DNA of 32,000 bases from Pseudoalteromonas translucida KMM 520 (GCF_001465295.1 NZ_CP011034.1:2220001-2252000); one strand, 5' to 3'. Numbered from the stretch's first letter, positions 18,074 through 27,847 are shown. Numbers and translations: made by a program. The notes: generated from the sequence alone by a model not told the origin.

Positions 18074-19444
18074 TTAGTCATCTGTCATCGAAAGGTTTAA
18101 AATTTCACCGCTTTTGTCATTTTTTGAGCCATTTTTAGTACTTTGCTTTTTTTCAGAATTACCAACATCGTCATTTGTTGTTGTCTTTTTATTTATAAAA
18201 GGCAGCTTCACTTTAAATTTAAGCGGTTTTTTCTGTACAAAAATACGAATTGCCAGCCAACCCATTAATAAAACGCACAGATTTCCAACAATAATTAAGC
18301 TGATCAAAACCCAATTCGCCATTTTTTCTGCTATGGGTTCACTCTCAATCATTAAATCAGGATTAATTAAGGTCGCAGGAGCAACTGCCGGTACCGCTTC
18401 TATTGGGCGTGCAATTTCAAATTTGTACGTTGGCAGCGTTGCCATAAACTCACGATCCTTTATATTTGTGCCAAAAATAGACAGCTCGACACTATATCGA
18501 CCCCAACCATAATTTTTAATTGCTAACTGTCTCGTATGTTTTGCATCCGACTCTATACTAAACATTTGTTCTTCGTTATTAGGGTAGTAAATTTTACCCT
18601 GCATAATTACGGTTTCTGGCTTAACTATTGTGTCATCTATATTAATAGCTAAAAGGTGCTCGTTACTTTCTTGCTCTGCTAATGTTATGTCGTAACTTAC
18701 AGGGGCAGAATGTACCATAATGCTACTTTGCACTATTCGACGTTGTAACAAGGGAGTTACTATGTAGAGCTCGGGGATCCACTCTCCTTCTGGAAAATCT
18801 AATTTAAACTCGCCCGTAAAAACGCCATCGTTTGGACGTTCGTCAAACCCTTGGCCATCGTCTTTAAATTCAGCGACTTCTTGAGTACTCGCTCCAAAAT
18901 TAGCAGCCTCTGCACTATTAGTACTTACAAAATCAACATTTAAGGTAACGACATCTCTAAATAGATTGGCATTTATGGGAGCACCGTCATTTAAAATTTT
19001 TCCGGTGATTTTTATTGTCTCGCCTCTAAACAGCATTTCCGGTAACGGCTCTGCCTCTAGTGATACCTCGCCTAATACGACAATGCGGCTGTCGGGTAAT
19101 ATACTACCTATAACTTGCCAAGGGCCAGCCATGGGGTTGCGTATGGTAACCAAATCATAACTAAGCTCGTCATGCCAACTTAAGTCAGGGTTTTTAACTG
19201 ATTCGGTAGCAAAATATTTACTGCCATCGGGCCTTACTAAAATAACAGCCGGTGAGCCTGGCTTTCTAAAAAAAAGTAAGGTTATTTCAGCTACTTTACT
19301 GTCAATACGAAAACGATTATCTAATAAAGGGATTTCATTTTGCCTCCCATCACGCTTTAGTACTTCAACTTGTTTAACGCCATATGCGCTGGTTGCAAAA
19401 AAACTAGCAGATACTAATGCGGTTACCAAATAAAAGGTTTTCAT
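18074..19444 (-). CDS. Secreted, C-terminally membrane-anchored protein of unknown function (TIGR03503-like)
   Basis: 456 aa. N-terminal signal peptide MKTFYLVTALVSASFFATSAYG, one TM helix near residues 375-400 (WVLISLIIVGNLCVLLMGWLAIRIF), and a K/S/N/D-rich tail. It starts 9 nt after the dnaQ stop. The family name is from memory. Confidence 0.6.
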   Translation of the reverse strand: MKTFYLVTALVSASFFATSAYGVKQVEVLKRDGRQNEIPLLDNRFRIDSKVAEITLLFFRKPGSPAVILVRPDGSKYFATESVKNPDLSWHDELSYDLVTIRNPMAGPWQVIGSILPDSRIVVLGEVSLEAEPLPEMLFRGETIKITGKILNDGAPINANLFRDVVTLNVDFVSTNSAEAANFGASTQEVAEFKDDGQGFDERPNDGVFTGEFKLDFPEGEWIPELYIVTPLLQRRIVQSSIMVHSAPVSYDITLAEQESNEHLLAINIDDTIVKPETVIMQGKIYYPNNEEQMFSIESDAKHTRQLAIKNYGWGRYSVELSIFGTNIKDREFMATLPTYKFEIARPIEAVPAVAPATLINPDLMIESEPIAEKMANWVLISLIIVGNLCVLLMGWLAIRIFVQKKPLKFKVKLPFINKKTTTNDDVGNSEKKQSTKNGSKNDKSGEILNLSMTDD

Positions 19445-19453
19445 AATATGGCC

Positions 19454-20167
19454 TTAATCAGCGCGCCATATACAGTGGCCGCCTTCATTATTAACAATAT
19501 CTAATCGTGCTTCGTGTGCAGCTTGTTCAGCCTCACTGGCGCTTAATACTACTAGAGGCGCTCGTTGTGCGCTTAAGCGTCGTATTCCACCTTTTTGCTG
19601 ATCGGTATCGTCATTTTTGTTTTGATTCAAATTTAGCTTAACTTGCCCGCCTGTCATTGCTAGGTAAACGTCGGCTAATATTTCAGAATCCAGTAATGCG
19701 CCGTGCAAGGTTCGCTTAGCGTTATCTACGTCGTAACGACGGCATAGCGCATCTAGGTTGTTCTTTTGTCCTGGATGCAAGTCACGCGCCATTTTAAGCG
19801 TGTCGAGTACTTGGCAGAAGGTGGCCGTTTTAGGATAGCCCTGGTTAAGTAGAGAAAATTCATTATCCATATGGCCAATATCGAACGGCGCATTATGAAT
19901 AACCAGTTCTGCCCCCTTAATATAATCAAAAAACTCTTGAGCAATTTGATGAAACAGTGGTTTATCACGTAAAAACTCATTAGTGATACCGTGAACGTCT
20001 ATTGCTTCTTCTTCACTGTTGCGCTGTGGGTTAATATACACATGAAAGTTATTGCCGGTTAAGCGGCGATTTACTAATTCAACACACCCGATTTCGATAA
20101 TACGATGCCCTTGTTTAGGGTCGATGCCGGTGGTTTCTGTATCTAAAACTATTTGTCTGCGTGCCAT
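19454..20167 (-). CDS. dnaQ: DNA polymerase III epsilon (3'-5' proofreading exonuclease)
   Basis: Exo I DTETTG, Exo II HNAPFDIGHM and Exo III HGALLDSEILADVY. 237 aa. Confidence 0.95.
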   Translation of the reverse strand: MARRQIVLDTETTGIDPKQGHRIIEIGCVELVNRRLTGNNFHVYINPQRNSEEEAIDVHGITNEFLRDKPLFHQIAQEFFDYIKGAELVIHNAPFDIGHMDNEFSLLNQGYPKTATFCQVLDTLKMARDLHPGQKNNLDALCRRYDVDNAKRTLHGALLDSEILADVYLAMTGGQVKLNLNQNKNDDTDQQKGGIRRLSAQRAPLVVLSASEAEQAAHEARLDIVNNEGGHCIWRAD

Positions 20168-20235
20168 ATCGAATTAATCCTGACTCTGGTATCTTCCTAT
20201 AATCACTTTATTGTACATAATATCAAGGTAAAACA

Positions 20236-20700
20236 GTGGAAAAAACCGTAGAGATTTATACTGATGGTTCGTGTTTAGGTAATCCAGGCCCCGGTGGTTA
20301 TGGTATATTCATGATTTATAACGAACATGAAAAAAAATTAAGCCAAGGTTATAAACTAACGACTAATAATCGCATGGAAATGCTTGGCGCAATTGTGGCT
20401 CTAGAAGTATTAACTCGCCCATGTGTTATTAATATCACTACCGATAGCCAATATGTAAAACAAGGAATTGAGTCTTGGATCACGAATTGGAAAAAGCGCG
20501 GCTGGTTAACCTCAGCTAAAAAACCGGTAAAAAATGTCGATTTATGGAAACGCCTCGATTTAGCGTGCGCTAAACACACCGTAACCTGGAAATGGGTTAA
20601 AGGGCATAGCGGCCATAAATACAACGAAATTGTAGATGACTTAGCGCGCGATGCCGCTGGCAGTAAAGATTTACTCGATGATGTAGGTTATCAACCTTAA
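20236..20700 (+). CDS. rnhA: Ribonuclease HI
   Basis: GTG start. [26 protein letters not shown]-like, TDSQYV and HSGHxxNExxDxLA motifs. It is divergent from dnaQ, as in E. coli. Confidence 0.95.
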   Translation: MEKTVEIYTDGSCLGNPGPGGYGIFMIYNEHEKKLSQGYKLTTNNRMEMLGAIVALEVLTRPCVINITTDSQYVKQGIESWITNWKKRGWLTSAKKPVKNVDLWKRLDLACAKHTVTWKWVKGHSGHKYNEIVDDLARDAAGSKDLLDDVGYQP

Positions 20701-20721
20701 AGCTGATTAGCACATACCAAA

Positions 20722-21489
20722 TTACTTTTTATTTTGCTCACAATGCTTTAAGTGTTGCTTTGAAGTTTGCCTAAGGCCCCCTTCTACTGTTGTAAAGCGC
20801 GGGCGAGCATGCCACTTAGGTTTAATGGGTGTGAGCGGTGCAACACGTTTACGTGCCACCAGCATGTAAACACTGCCCATAGGTTTTAAGTATTGTTTGG
20901 TAAAGCTGCGCCAAAACGCAAAACGCGACAATCGATTACCACGCGCCAGTGATGAGTAAATAAAGCGCTCATCACTCACTATTTCAAATCCCAATAAATT
21001 AAGCCAATCTTTAACCCGTGCTGGTGTAAAAAAGCGCCCTGTCCATGGTAGTTTCTGGCCACTAAACGGCAGTAATTGGGCAAGCCCACATAAACTAAAC
21101 GGATTAAAGCCCGTTATCACAATATACCCACCAGGAATTAAGCTGCGATGTGCTTCGCGTAAAATATGATGAGGATCTGAGTGATACTCTAAGCAGTGAC
21201 TTAAAATACATGCATCAATAGTGTGCTCATAAAATGGTAATTCGTCTATATCGGCAATAACGCCGGTGTAAGCGCCCGCTTGCGCTACGCACACTTGGTG
21301 TTTTATTAAACATTTACTGGTGTTTAGCTCGCCACTCAAACTGCCCAACTTAAGCATATGGTAGCCAAACATACGGGGAAGCCACGGCGCTAATTTACGT
21401 TCAATCTCACAGCGTAAATAATCCCCATGAGGAAACTGCTGCCATGACAACGGTTTAGGTCCTTCTTGAAAACTAAGGGCTGGTTTCAT
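20722..21489 (-). CDS. yafS: Class I SAM-dependent methyltransferase, YafS-like
   Basis: MKPA...LAPWLPRMFGYHMLKLGSLS... is collinear with E. coli YafS. It occupies the same position between rnhA and gloB. Confidence 0.75.
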   Translation of the reverse strand: MKPALSFQEGPKPLSWQQFPHGDYLRCEIERKLAPWLPRMFGYHMLKLGSLSGELNTSKCLIKHQVCVAQAGAYTGVIADIDELPFYEHTIDACILSHCLEYHSDPHHILREAHRSLIPGGYIVITGFNPFSLCGLAQLLPFSGQKLPWTGRFFTPARVKDWLNLLGFEIVSDERFIYSSLARGNRLSRFAFWRSFTKQYLKPMGSVYMLVARKRVAPLTPIKPKWHARPRFTTVEGGLRQTSKQHLKHCEQNKK

Positions 21490-21542
21490 TTTATGAGCTC
21501 GTTATACTAGGTGTTAACTGTCACTTTATAGAGCAACGTTAC

Positions 21543-22316
21543 ATGGTGCAAGTCAAAGCAATTAAAGCCTTTTCAGATAATTATATTTGGTGCTTAACTA
21601 CAAGCAATAATACGCAAGCTTGGGTAGTCGATCCGGGCCAAGCAGAGCCAGTACTGGATTATTTGGCGCAGCATAATTTAACCTTAGCGGGTATTTTAAT
21701 TACCCACCATCATTACGACCATACCGATGGCGTAGCAAGGCTGGTTAGCGAAAACCCAAGTATTGCTGTTTACGGCCCAACTAACAGCCCGTTTAAGGGG
21801 ATTACTCGGCCACTTACTGATGGCCAAAGTATTACAGTGCTTAATACTGCTTTTAATATTATAACGACACCCGGGCATACCCTAGATCATATTTGTTATG
21901 TTAATGAGCAACTTGCCTTTACTGGTGATACTTTATTTAGTGGTGGTTGTGGGCGTTTATTTGAAGGCTCTGCTGAGCAAATGTGGCTCTCATTTAATAA
22001 ATTGCGCGAACTGCCTGCAGATTGCAAAGTTTATTGTACTCATGAATACACTCAAGCTAACCTCGCTTTTGCAGCAGCCATTGAACCGCGTAACCCAGAA
22101 CTACTTGCCTATAGTAAAAAAGTAGATGAACTGCGCAGCAAAAATGAAATTACTTTACCAAGCACTATCGGCCAAGAGTTAAAAATAAATCCTTTTATGC
22201 GCAGCGATTTGCCTAACATTACTGAACTATTACCAAAAGAATTTTGCTCGGTTACAAAAAACAATGAACCTTGGGAAAACTTTGCAGGTCTGAGAAAGTT
22301 CAAAGACCATTTTTAA
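21543..22316 (+). CDS. gloB: Hydroxyacylglutathione hydrolase (glyoxalase II)
   Basis: Metallo-beta-lactamase motif THHHYDHTDG, then TPGHTLDH, GDTLFSGGCGR and EYT. Confidence 0.93.
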   Translation: MVQVKAIKAFSDNYIWCLTTSNNTQAWVVDPGQAEPVLDYLAQHNLTLAGILITHHHYDHTDGVARLVSENPSIAVYGPTNSPFKGITRPLTDGQSITVLNTAFNIITTPGHTLDHICYVNEQLAFTGDTLFSGGCGRLFEGSAEQMWLSFNKLRELPADCKVYCTHEYTQANLAFAAAIEPRNPELLAYSKKVDELRSKNEITLPSTIGQELKINPFMRSDLPNITELLPKEFCSVTKNNEPWENFAGLRKFKDHF

Positions 22317-22472
22317 TCCGCTAACCAATAGCCATACGTACTTTTTGCTTAACAATCAAAAAGTTAAAATTAGCATTTGATTATTGCTAAGTGTTTTAAA
22401 AGGTCACAAGTGGCAATGTTAGCTCATAACGGGTAGTATTCGCCGAGTTTTTTACCCCATGTATTGGTATTT

Positions 22473-24056
22473 ATGAATAAATCTCCCCTATTACTGGTTT
22501 TAGTATTAGCACTAAGTGGCTGTCAAACGTTAACAAACGAAAACACTGACTCACAAGCCGCAACTCAAGCAAATAAGCAGCTTGGAGGCGCAAGTCCACA
22601 CGATATTAGCAATGCATTAATGAGCAGCGCCAAGTATCAACACGCTAAAAATGCTGACGCTGAAGCGCCTATTTTTGATGATGTATGGGAGCGTATTCGT
22701 TACCAACTTGCAATAGAGGTGCCGCAAAATCGGCCCGTAGTTACCGAGCGTAACTATTATGCAAAGCATCAAGCTTATTTAAATCGTATTTCGAAGCGTG
22801 CCGAACCTTATTTGCATTTTATTGTTGAAGAAATAGAAAAACGTGAAATGCCAATCGAAATTGCACTGCTGCCTATTGTAGAGAGTGCTTTCGATCCGTT
22901 TGGTTACTCGCACCGCACTGCGTCGGGTATTTGGCAATTTATGCCACAAACCGGTGAGCGTTTCGATTTAAAGCAAAACTGGTGGTATGACGGGCGTCGC
23001 GACATAGTACAATCAACTCGCGCTGCACTTGATTACTTGTCGTATTTACACAAAACCCTTGAGGGCGATTGGCTCAATGCGATTGCAGCTTATAACTCGG
23101 GTGAAGGTCGTTTGTTACGCGCGATTAAAAAGAATCGCAAAAAACATTTGCCGACCGATTTTTGGTCACTTGATTTACCTAGCGAAACCACTGCCTATGT
23201 ACCAAAATTATTAGCACTGGCCGACTTATTAAAGCGCTCAGATGACTTTAATGTTACGTGGAATCCAATTATAAATGCACAAGTTGTTGAAGTAGTCGAA
23301 ATAGGCTCACAAATTGACTTAGCACTTGCTGCAGAAATGGCCGATATAACACTCACTGAGTTGTATAGGTTAAACCCTGGTTTTAATCGTTGGGCAACCG
23401 ATCCTAATGGTCCGCATTCTTTACTATTACCGGTTGATAAAGCTGAGCAGTTTAGTCAAAAATTAGCTAATACTGATATTAAAAACCGCTTACGCTGGCA
23501 GCAATATACGGTTGAGCGTGGCGACAGTTTATCGGTTATTGCCAAAAAGTTTACCACCAGCACCAGTGCAATCCGATCATTAAATAAGTTAAGCTCAAAT
23601 ACAATTAGAGTCGGTCAGCAACTATTAGTGCCGCTAACTGATGGCGCAATTAATAGCGAACATTTACCAGAGAAAATGCGCTCTGCGGCCAGTAATACCA
23701 GCCGTACTAAGCTTTCGCATACGGTTAAAAGTGGTGACACACTGTGGGATATTAGCCGTGAATACGATGTCACTATGGATGAGCTTGCAAAGTGGAATAA
23801 GCTGAAGAAAAGCGCCACTCTGCGTTTAAATCAAAAGCTAACAGTATATAAATCAGCTAATAAAGCAAAGACAGTAGCAAACACTACGCATCGTACAATT
23901 ACGTATAAAGTGCGCCGTGGTGATTCGTTAGCGCGTATTGCGTCTAAGTTTAACTTAACTGTAAACGACATTATTAAGTGGAATAGTTTAGCCGGGCAAA
24001 AATATTTACAGCCAGGGCAAAAGCTTAAATTAAAAGTAGATGTTAGAAGCAGTTAA
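22473..24056 (+). CDS. mltD: Membrane-bound lytic murein transglycosylase D with three LysM domains
   Basis: Lipobox LALSGC. SLT catalytic block LLPIVESAFDPFGYSHRTASGIWQFM. LysM repeats begin YTVERGDSLSVIA, HTVKSGDTLWDIS and YKVRRGDSLARIA. I prefer the ATG at 22473 to the upstream TTG at 22464. Confidence 0.9.
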   Translation: MNKSPLLLVLVLALSGCQTLTNENTDSQAATQANKQLGGASPHDISNALMSSAKYQHAKNADAEAPIFDDVWERIRYQLAIEVPQNRPVVTERNYYAKHQAYLNRISKRAEPYLHFIVEEIEKREMPIEIALLPIVESAFDPFGYSHRTASGIWQFMPQTGERFDLKQNWWYDGRRDIVQSTRAALDYLSYLHKTLEGDWLNAIAAYNSGEGRLLRAIKKNRKKHLPTDFWSLDLPSETTAYVPKLLALADLLKRSDDFNVTWNPIINAQVVEVVEIGSQIDLALAAEMADITLTELYRLNPGFNRWATDPNGPHSLLLPVDKAEQFSQKLANTDIKNRLRWQQYTVERGDSLSVIAKKFTTSTSAIRSLNKLSSNTIRVGQQLLVPLTDGAINSEHLPEKMRSAASNTSRTKLSHTVKSGDTLWDISREYDVTMDELAKWNKLKKSATLRLNQKLTVYKSANKAKTVANTTHRTITYKVRRGDSLARIASKFNLTVNDIIKWNSLAGQKYLQPGQKLKLKVDVRSS

Positions 24057-24069
24057 ACTGCAACAAGGT

Positions 24070-24100
24070 ATAACTAAGGCGCTTATAGCGCCTTAGTTAT
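24070..24100. terminator. Bidirectional terminator hairpin between mltD and the kinase gene
   Basis: Perfect 13-bp stem ataactaaggcgc (24070-24082) / gcgccttagttat (24088-24100), followed by TTTTA on the + strand. Confidence 0.7.
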
Positions 24101-24101
24101 T

Positions 24102-25175
24102 TTAGGCTTGTGCTAATATTGCTTTAAGGGTGCTTTGCTTTGCAATAATATCTTTATAAAGCGCAAACTGATTTTGCGCCCGCTCTAAATTATGGTTGGC
24201 ATGTTTGATTGCAAAATAATTATCGCCATCAATATAATCTGTTAAAAATCGCAGGCCAATCATAAAGGTCATCACTTTAGCACCTAGCCAAAAGCTTTGT
24301 TTTTCTTGCTCGGTGATCAGGTTTTTTAATGGCTCTACGTAACCTTTAACTATGGCTGCAAATATTTCTTCACGCACACCTACATTACTTAAATCGGTGG
24401 AGTCTTCTTGCTCTGGTGAGCAAAAAGTGCGTACCATATCACCAAAGTCGTAAAGCCAATACCCTGGCATACAGGTGTCTAAATCAATTACCGCTTTAGC
24501 ATTATGTGATTGCTCACAAAACAGCATATTATTTATTTTTGTATCGTTATGACAAGGCCTTACTGGTATAGATCCTGCTAATGCTTGCAGTTCATCAATA
24601 AGTGTAAATTGCGATAAACAAAAATCAACCTCAGCTTGGCAACTAGCTAAGCGCTGCTCTGGGTCAAGACTAATTGCAGTTTTAAACGCCTGCGCGCGCA
24701 TGGCTAAGTTATGAAAATCAGGGATCACATGGTGTAATTGTTCTGCATCAAAATCCTCTAGCGCCACAGCAAATTGACCAAAGGCATTCGCCGCAGTTTG
24801 CGCTTGGGTAGCATTGGTTACTACATCGTCGCTGTAACTGCCACCAATAAACTCTAGCGCTCGCCATACACCCTGATCACAGTTAACTAAATAGTCATTA
24901 TTAATAGTCGCTACGTGGCGAATAATATCTAAGTTGTACTCACCCAATTGCTGCTTGTTAGTTAAGTGTTGCTCTATTAAACGGGCATTTTTTACGAGTA
25001 AATCTGGCTCAGGAAACACATCAACATTGAGCTTTTGCAATACTAATAACTGTTGCGGAGTGCTAAGCAGCATAGTGCAGTTTATATGGCCACTACCAAT
25101 TGCTTTCATTGTTATGTGTTTATTGCCAAGGCCAAAGCTTTGCGCTAATTGCACCGCGATAGGATTTAAATTCAT
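24102..25175 (-). CDS. APH-fold phosphotransferase, anomeric sugar kinase-like (NahK/AmgK-like)
   Basis: 357 aa. Brenner-type catalytic loop HNDTKINNMLF and metal-binding DLDTCMPG. The N-terminal GSGHIN glycine-rich loop fits protein-kinase-like-fold small-molecule kinases. Confidence 0.7.
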   Translation of the reverse strand: MNLNPIAVQLAQSFGLGNKHITMKAIGSGHINCTMLLSTPQQLLVLQKLNVDVFPEPDLLVKNARLIEQHLTNKQQLGEYNLDIIRHVATINNDYLVNCDQGVWRALEFIGGSYSDDVVTNATQAQTAANAFGQFAVALEDFDAEQLHHVIPDFHNLAMRAQAFKTAISLDPEQRLASCQAEVDFCLSQFTLIDELQALAGSIPVRPCHNDTKINNMLFCEQSHNAKAVIDLDTCMPGYWLYDFGDMVRTFCSPEQEDSTDLSNVGVREEIFAAIVKGYVEPLKNLITEQEKQSFWLGAKVMTFMIGLRFLTDYIDGDNYFAIKHANHNLERAQNQFALYKDIIAKQSTLKAILAQA

Positions 25176-25223
25176 TTTTATTTCGCTATTTTTACGCCTA
25201 AAAAGGCAAGTACGTGCTATTTA

Positions 25224-26108
25224 TTAATGTCGTAATTTATATAAGGTTGCAGCAACGCTGACAAATTCTGACTTGTAGGTAACGCCGTACCAAGATTCTT
25301 GAGCACGGTAAATACTCACAGCTTGCTGCTTGGTGCTAATTGCGCGCTGAATCTGATCCGGTAAATAATACTCCATTTTTACAGCTGTATCGTATTGCTG
25401 TAAAAAGGCAGTAAAACCTTGTTCTAAGTATTGAAAAAATGAGGGGGTTACTCCCCAAAAGCTCATAGAGCCCAATGCATCTTTCGCAATACCTTCGCGC
25501 ACTCCTGCCGGGTTATCACCCATTATTTGCCCTGCTTGTTGTTGAATATTTAAGTATTCAACTATTCTCAGCAGTTGGTTGTTTTCGACTTGGCAAACAC
25601 CCCGATTTACACCGCCTTCCCCCGATAACGTATCTATTATAGGATAGCCTACCATGGCCCAATTACCTTGGTGTTTAAAGTGCTCACTAAGGAGCTTAAA
25701 CGACGATGCACCATAGTAATCATCGGCGGTAATAACAATTGCCGGATTATTAATCACGTCTTTGGCACATAATAACGCATGCCCAGTACCCCATGGTTTT
25801 TCGCGCTGTTGGGCAAGTTGCTCAAATTGTTTTGGCACTAAATTGGTATGCTGCTCGATAAGTACAACGTCTATATTTGCTGCTAAACGCGGTAAAATTG
25901 TTTGCTCTATTTCGCTGCGCACCGCTTGGTTAATAATAAGTACCACCTGCGTTACACCGGCGGCAACTGCATCGGCAATGCTTAATTCCATAATGGTGCA
26001 ACCAAGCCCACTAATTTCAGCAATTTGTTTATTACCGCCAAAACGACTTCCTAAACCTCCCGCTAAAACCACCAAACTCAGTGCATGTTTTTTTGTTGTT
26101 GTATTCAT
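25224..26108 (-). CDS. Sugar-1-phosphate nucleotidyltransferase family protein
   Basis: 294 aa. N-terminal LAGGLGSRFGGNKQ signature (GxGxR...K), plus WGTGHAL and ITADDYY blocks typical of NTP-sugar pyrophosphorylases. Confidence 0.75.
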   Translation of the reverse strand: MNTTTKKHALSLVVLAGGLGSRFGGNKQIAEISGLGCTIMELSIADAVAAGVTQVVLIINQAVRSEIEQTILPRLAANIDVVLIEQHTNLVPKQFEQLAQQREKPWGTGHALLCAKDVINNPAIVITADDYYGASSFKLLSEHFKHQGNWAMVGYPIIDTLSGEGGVNRGVCQVENNQLLRIVEYLNIQQQAGQIMGDNPAGVREGIAKDALGSMSFWGVTPSFFQYLEQGFTAFLQQYDTAVKMEYYLPDQIQRAISTKQQAVSIYRAQESWYGVTYKSEFVSVAATLYKLRH

Positions 26109-26112
26109 TAAA

Positions 26113-26556
26113 TTATAACTTACCTAACCAAGTTGTTAGCCAAGGCTCGACAACTGGCCAAGGCTCAAAGTCTTCGCAGGCATCAACTTCTAAGCGGTTA
26201 CCAACAGGCTTAGCTTGTAAGTCACGTAATAATTCATCAAAGCTGCGCCCTGCACCACAAAAGGTGTCGCCGTAGCTTCTGTCGCCCATGGCAATAATTC
26301 CAAATGGCTTGTCGGTTAACATAGGAAAAGTACTATTTAACTGATTATAAAAATCAGCTAAGTTATCAGGTACATCGCCTTGACCGGTTGTTGAGGTAAT
26401 AATTAAAATATGTGACGCACTTTGAATGTCGCTCAACACTGGCTCATTAAATACCGTAACGCCATGCCCCGCTTGCTCTATTGTTGTGGCTACTTCGTCA
26501 CTTAAACGCTCTGCACCGCCATATACGCTGCCTACAAAAATACTAATATGTGCCAT
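26113..26556 (-). CDS. yqcA: Flavodoxin (YqcA/MioC-like)
   Basis: 147 aa. The FMN loop is STTGQGDVPDN, with IFVGSVYGGAE at the N-terminus. It lies 3 nt downstream of truC, as in the E. coli yqcC-truC-yqcA cluster. Confidence 0.85.
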   Translation of the reverse strand: MAHISIFVGSVYGGAERLSDEVATTIEQAGHGVTVFNEPVLSDIQSASHILIITSTTGQGDVPDNLADFYNQLNSTFPMLTDKPFGIIAMGDRSYGDTFCGAGRSFDELLRDLQAKPVGNRLEVDACEDFEPWPVVEPWLTTWLGKL

Positions 26557-26559
26557 TAA

Positions 26560-27324
26560 TTAATAATCCTTTTCTTCATCTGGCCAACCTAGTTGTTTGC
26601 AAATGCTGAGCATTGCATCACCTAGTGGCGCTTTAATTTTTATTGGTTCATTACTATAAGGGTGCACAAAGCTAAGCTCAGTTGCAAATAACATTAATCT
26701 GCGCAGCTCAAAATGCTCCCTAAAAAATTGATTATGCTGATTATCGCCATGGTTTACATCGCCAATGATAGGCAGTGATAAATGCTTTAAATGCCGACGA
26801 ATTTGATGTTTACGCCCCGTTTTAGGAAAACACTCAACAAGGGAGTAGCGCACTGTAGGGTACTTGCCAATAGGAATGGGTAAGGCTGCTTGGTATAAGC
26901 AATTAAACTGAGTTTGCGCTTCTTGTGGCGCTTTGTCTTGATCGGCAAACTTATCTGCTATTTTGTCCAGCTCTTCTTTTAGTGGTTTATCTAAAAATAC
27001 CGACTCAGGTGCAAAACCACGTACTAAGGCTAAATAGCGTTTACTCATAGTGCCTTCAATAAATAACTGATTCATATCGCGGGCAGCTTCTGAACTTAGC
27101 GCAAACAGTAACACCCCCGATGTGGGTCTATCGAGCCTATGTACCGGAAAAACATGCTGCCCAAGTTGATCGCGCAGCATTTGCATAGCAAACTGGGTTT
27201 CGTGCTTATCTAAAAACGAGCGATGCACTAATAAGCCTGAAGGTTTATCTATGGCTACGTAGTTTTCATCCTGATACAAAATAGTCAGTTCGCCATACTC
27301 AATTGGTGCTGGGCGCTCACTCAT
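26560..27324 (-). CDS. truC: tRNA pseudouridine(65) synthase
   Basis: RluA-family catalytic motif HRLDRPTSGVLLFA. 254 aa. The gene order matches yqcC and yqcA. Confidence 0.85.
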   Translation of the reverse strand: MSERPAPIEYGELTILYQDENYVAIDKPSGLLVHRSFLDKHETQFAMQMLRDQLGQHVFPVHRLDRPTSGVLLFALSSEAARDMNQLFIEGTMSKRYLALVRGFAPESVFLDKPLKEELDKIADKFADQDKAPQEAQTQFNCLYQAALPIPIGKYPTVRYSLVECFPKTGRKHQIRRHLKHLSLPIIGDVNHGDNQHNQFFREHFELRRLMLFATELSFVHPYSNEPIKIKAPLGDAMLSICKQLGWPDEEKDY

Positions 27325-27637
27325 TTGGCTCTCCTAAAAAGGCATCAAGGGCTGTTAACAGAGTAATAATTTCACCGCTGCCTTTTTTACTCGCAAGCGT
27401 CATTTGTGCCATAGGAGCAATTGCAAAGTTGCGCGGCAATGGCTGCTCGTCAATAATTAGTTGCTCAAATTTTTTAATAAATACAAACTGTAACCACTGC
27501 TCAAACGCCATGGTGTCGTGGCAAAAAGGCACGTTTGACTGTAATGCTTCTGCTGCTATTGGCTCATTTTGCCAAAGCTGATGCTTTTTTAAAAGTGCGC
27601 TTAACTGCACTAAATAAGCTTGAGTTTGCTGGTACAT
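27317..27637 (-). CDS. yqcC: YqcC-like protein (DUF446)
   Basis: I chose the internal ATG at 27637, preceded by AGAGGG. This gives a 106-aa product, MYQQTQAYLVQLSALLKKHQLWQ...FEQWLQFVFI. The longer 147-aa ORF adds a low-complexity extension. The gene overlaps the truC start by 8 nt. Confidence 0.7.
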   Translation of the reverse strand: MYQQTQAYLVQLSALLKKHQLWQNEPIAAEALQSNVPFCHDTMAFEQWLQFVFIKKFEQLIIDEQPLPRNFAIAPMAQMTLASKKGSGEIITLLTALDAFLGEPNE

Positions 27638-27847
27638 AACCGCCCTCTTAAAACTAGATGAAGTAATAATACCATTTGTATTTATTAAGAGGGAAATTAT
27701 AGTAACTGAAAGTACACGCTTAATATTACCCCCGCTTGCTCGGTTATTTAGCAAAATCAAAACTCAAACTCTATAACCGCGGTTCCCTCAATCTTTGCTA
27801 TGGCGTATAATTGACGCAATTTTGTAGTAAAAACAATTGAGAAAACG

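Noticed and set aside
17086-19444. Possible genomic island or integrative element at the tRNA-Asp locus.
   Set aside because: No integrase, transposase or partial tRNA 3'-end direct repeat is present. The flanking genes (S9 peptidase and the dnaQ-linked gene) show no obvious compositional break by eye.
22330-22365. A/T-rich hairpin CTTTTTG-N9-CAAAAAG after gloB, considered as a terminator.
   Set aside because: The stem is almost entirely A-T with a weak following T-run, so I am not confident enough to list it as a feature.
27638-27760. N-terminal 41-codon extension of the yqcC-like ORF (start at 27760).
   Set aside because: The extension (MILLNNRASGGNIKRVLSVTIISLLINTNG...) is low-complexity. 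The internal ATG at 27637 has a good AGAGGG RBS and gives the ~106-aa size expected for YqcC.
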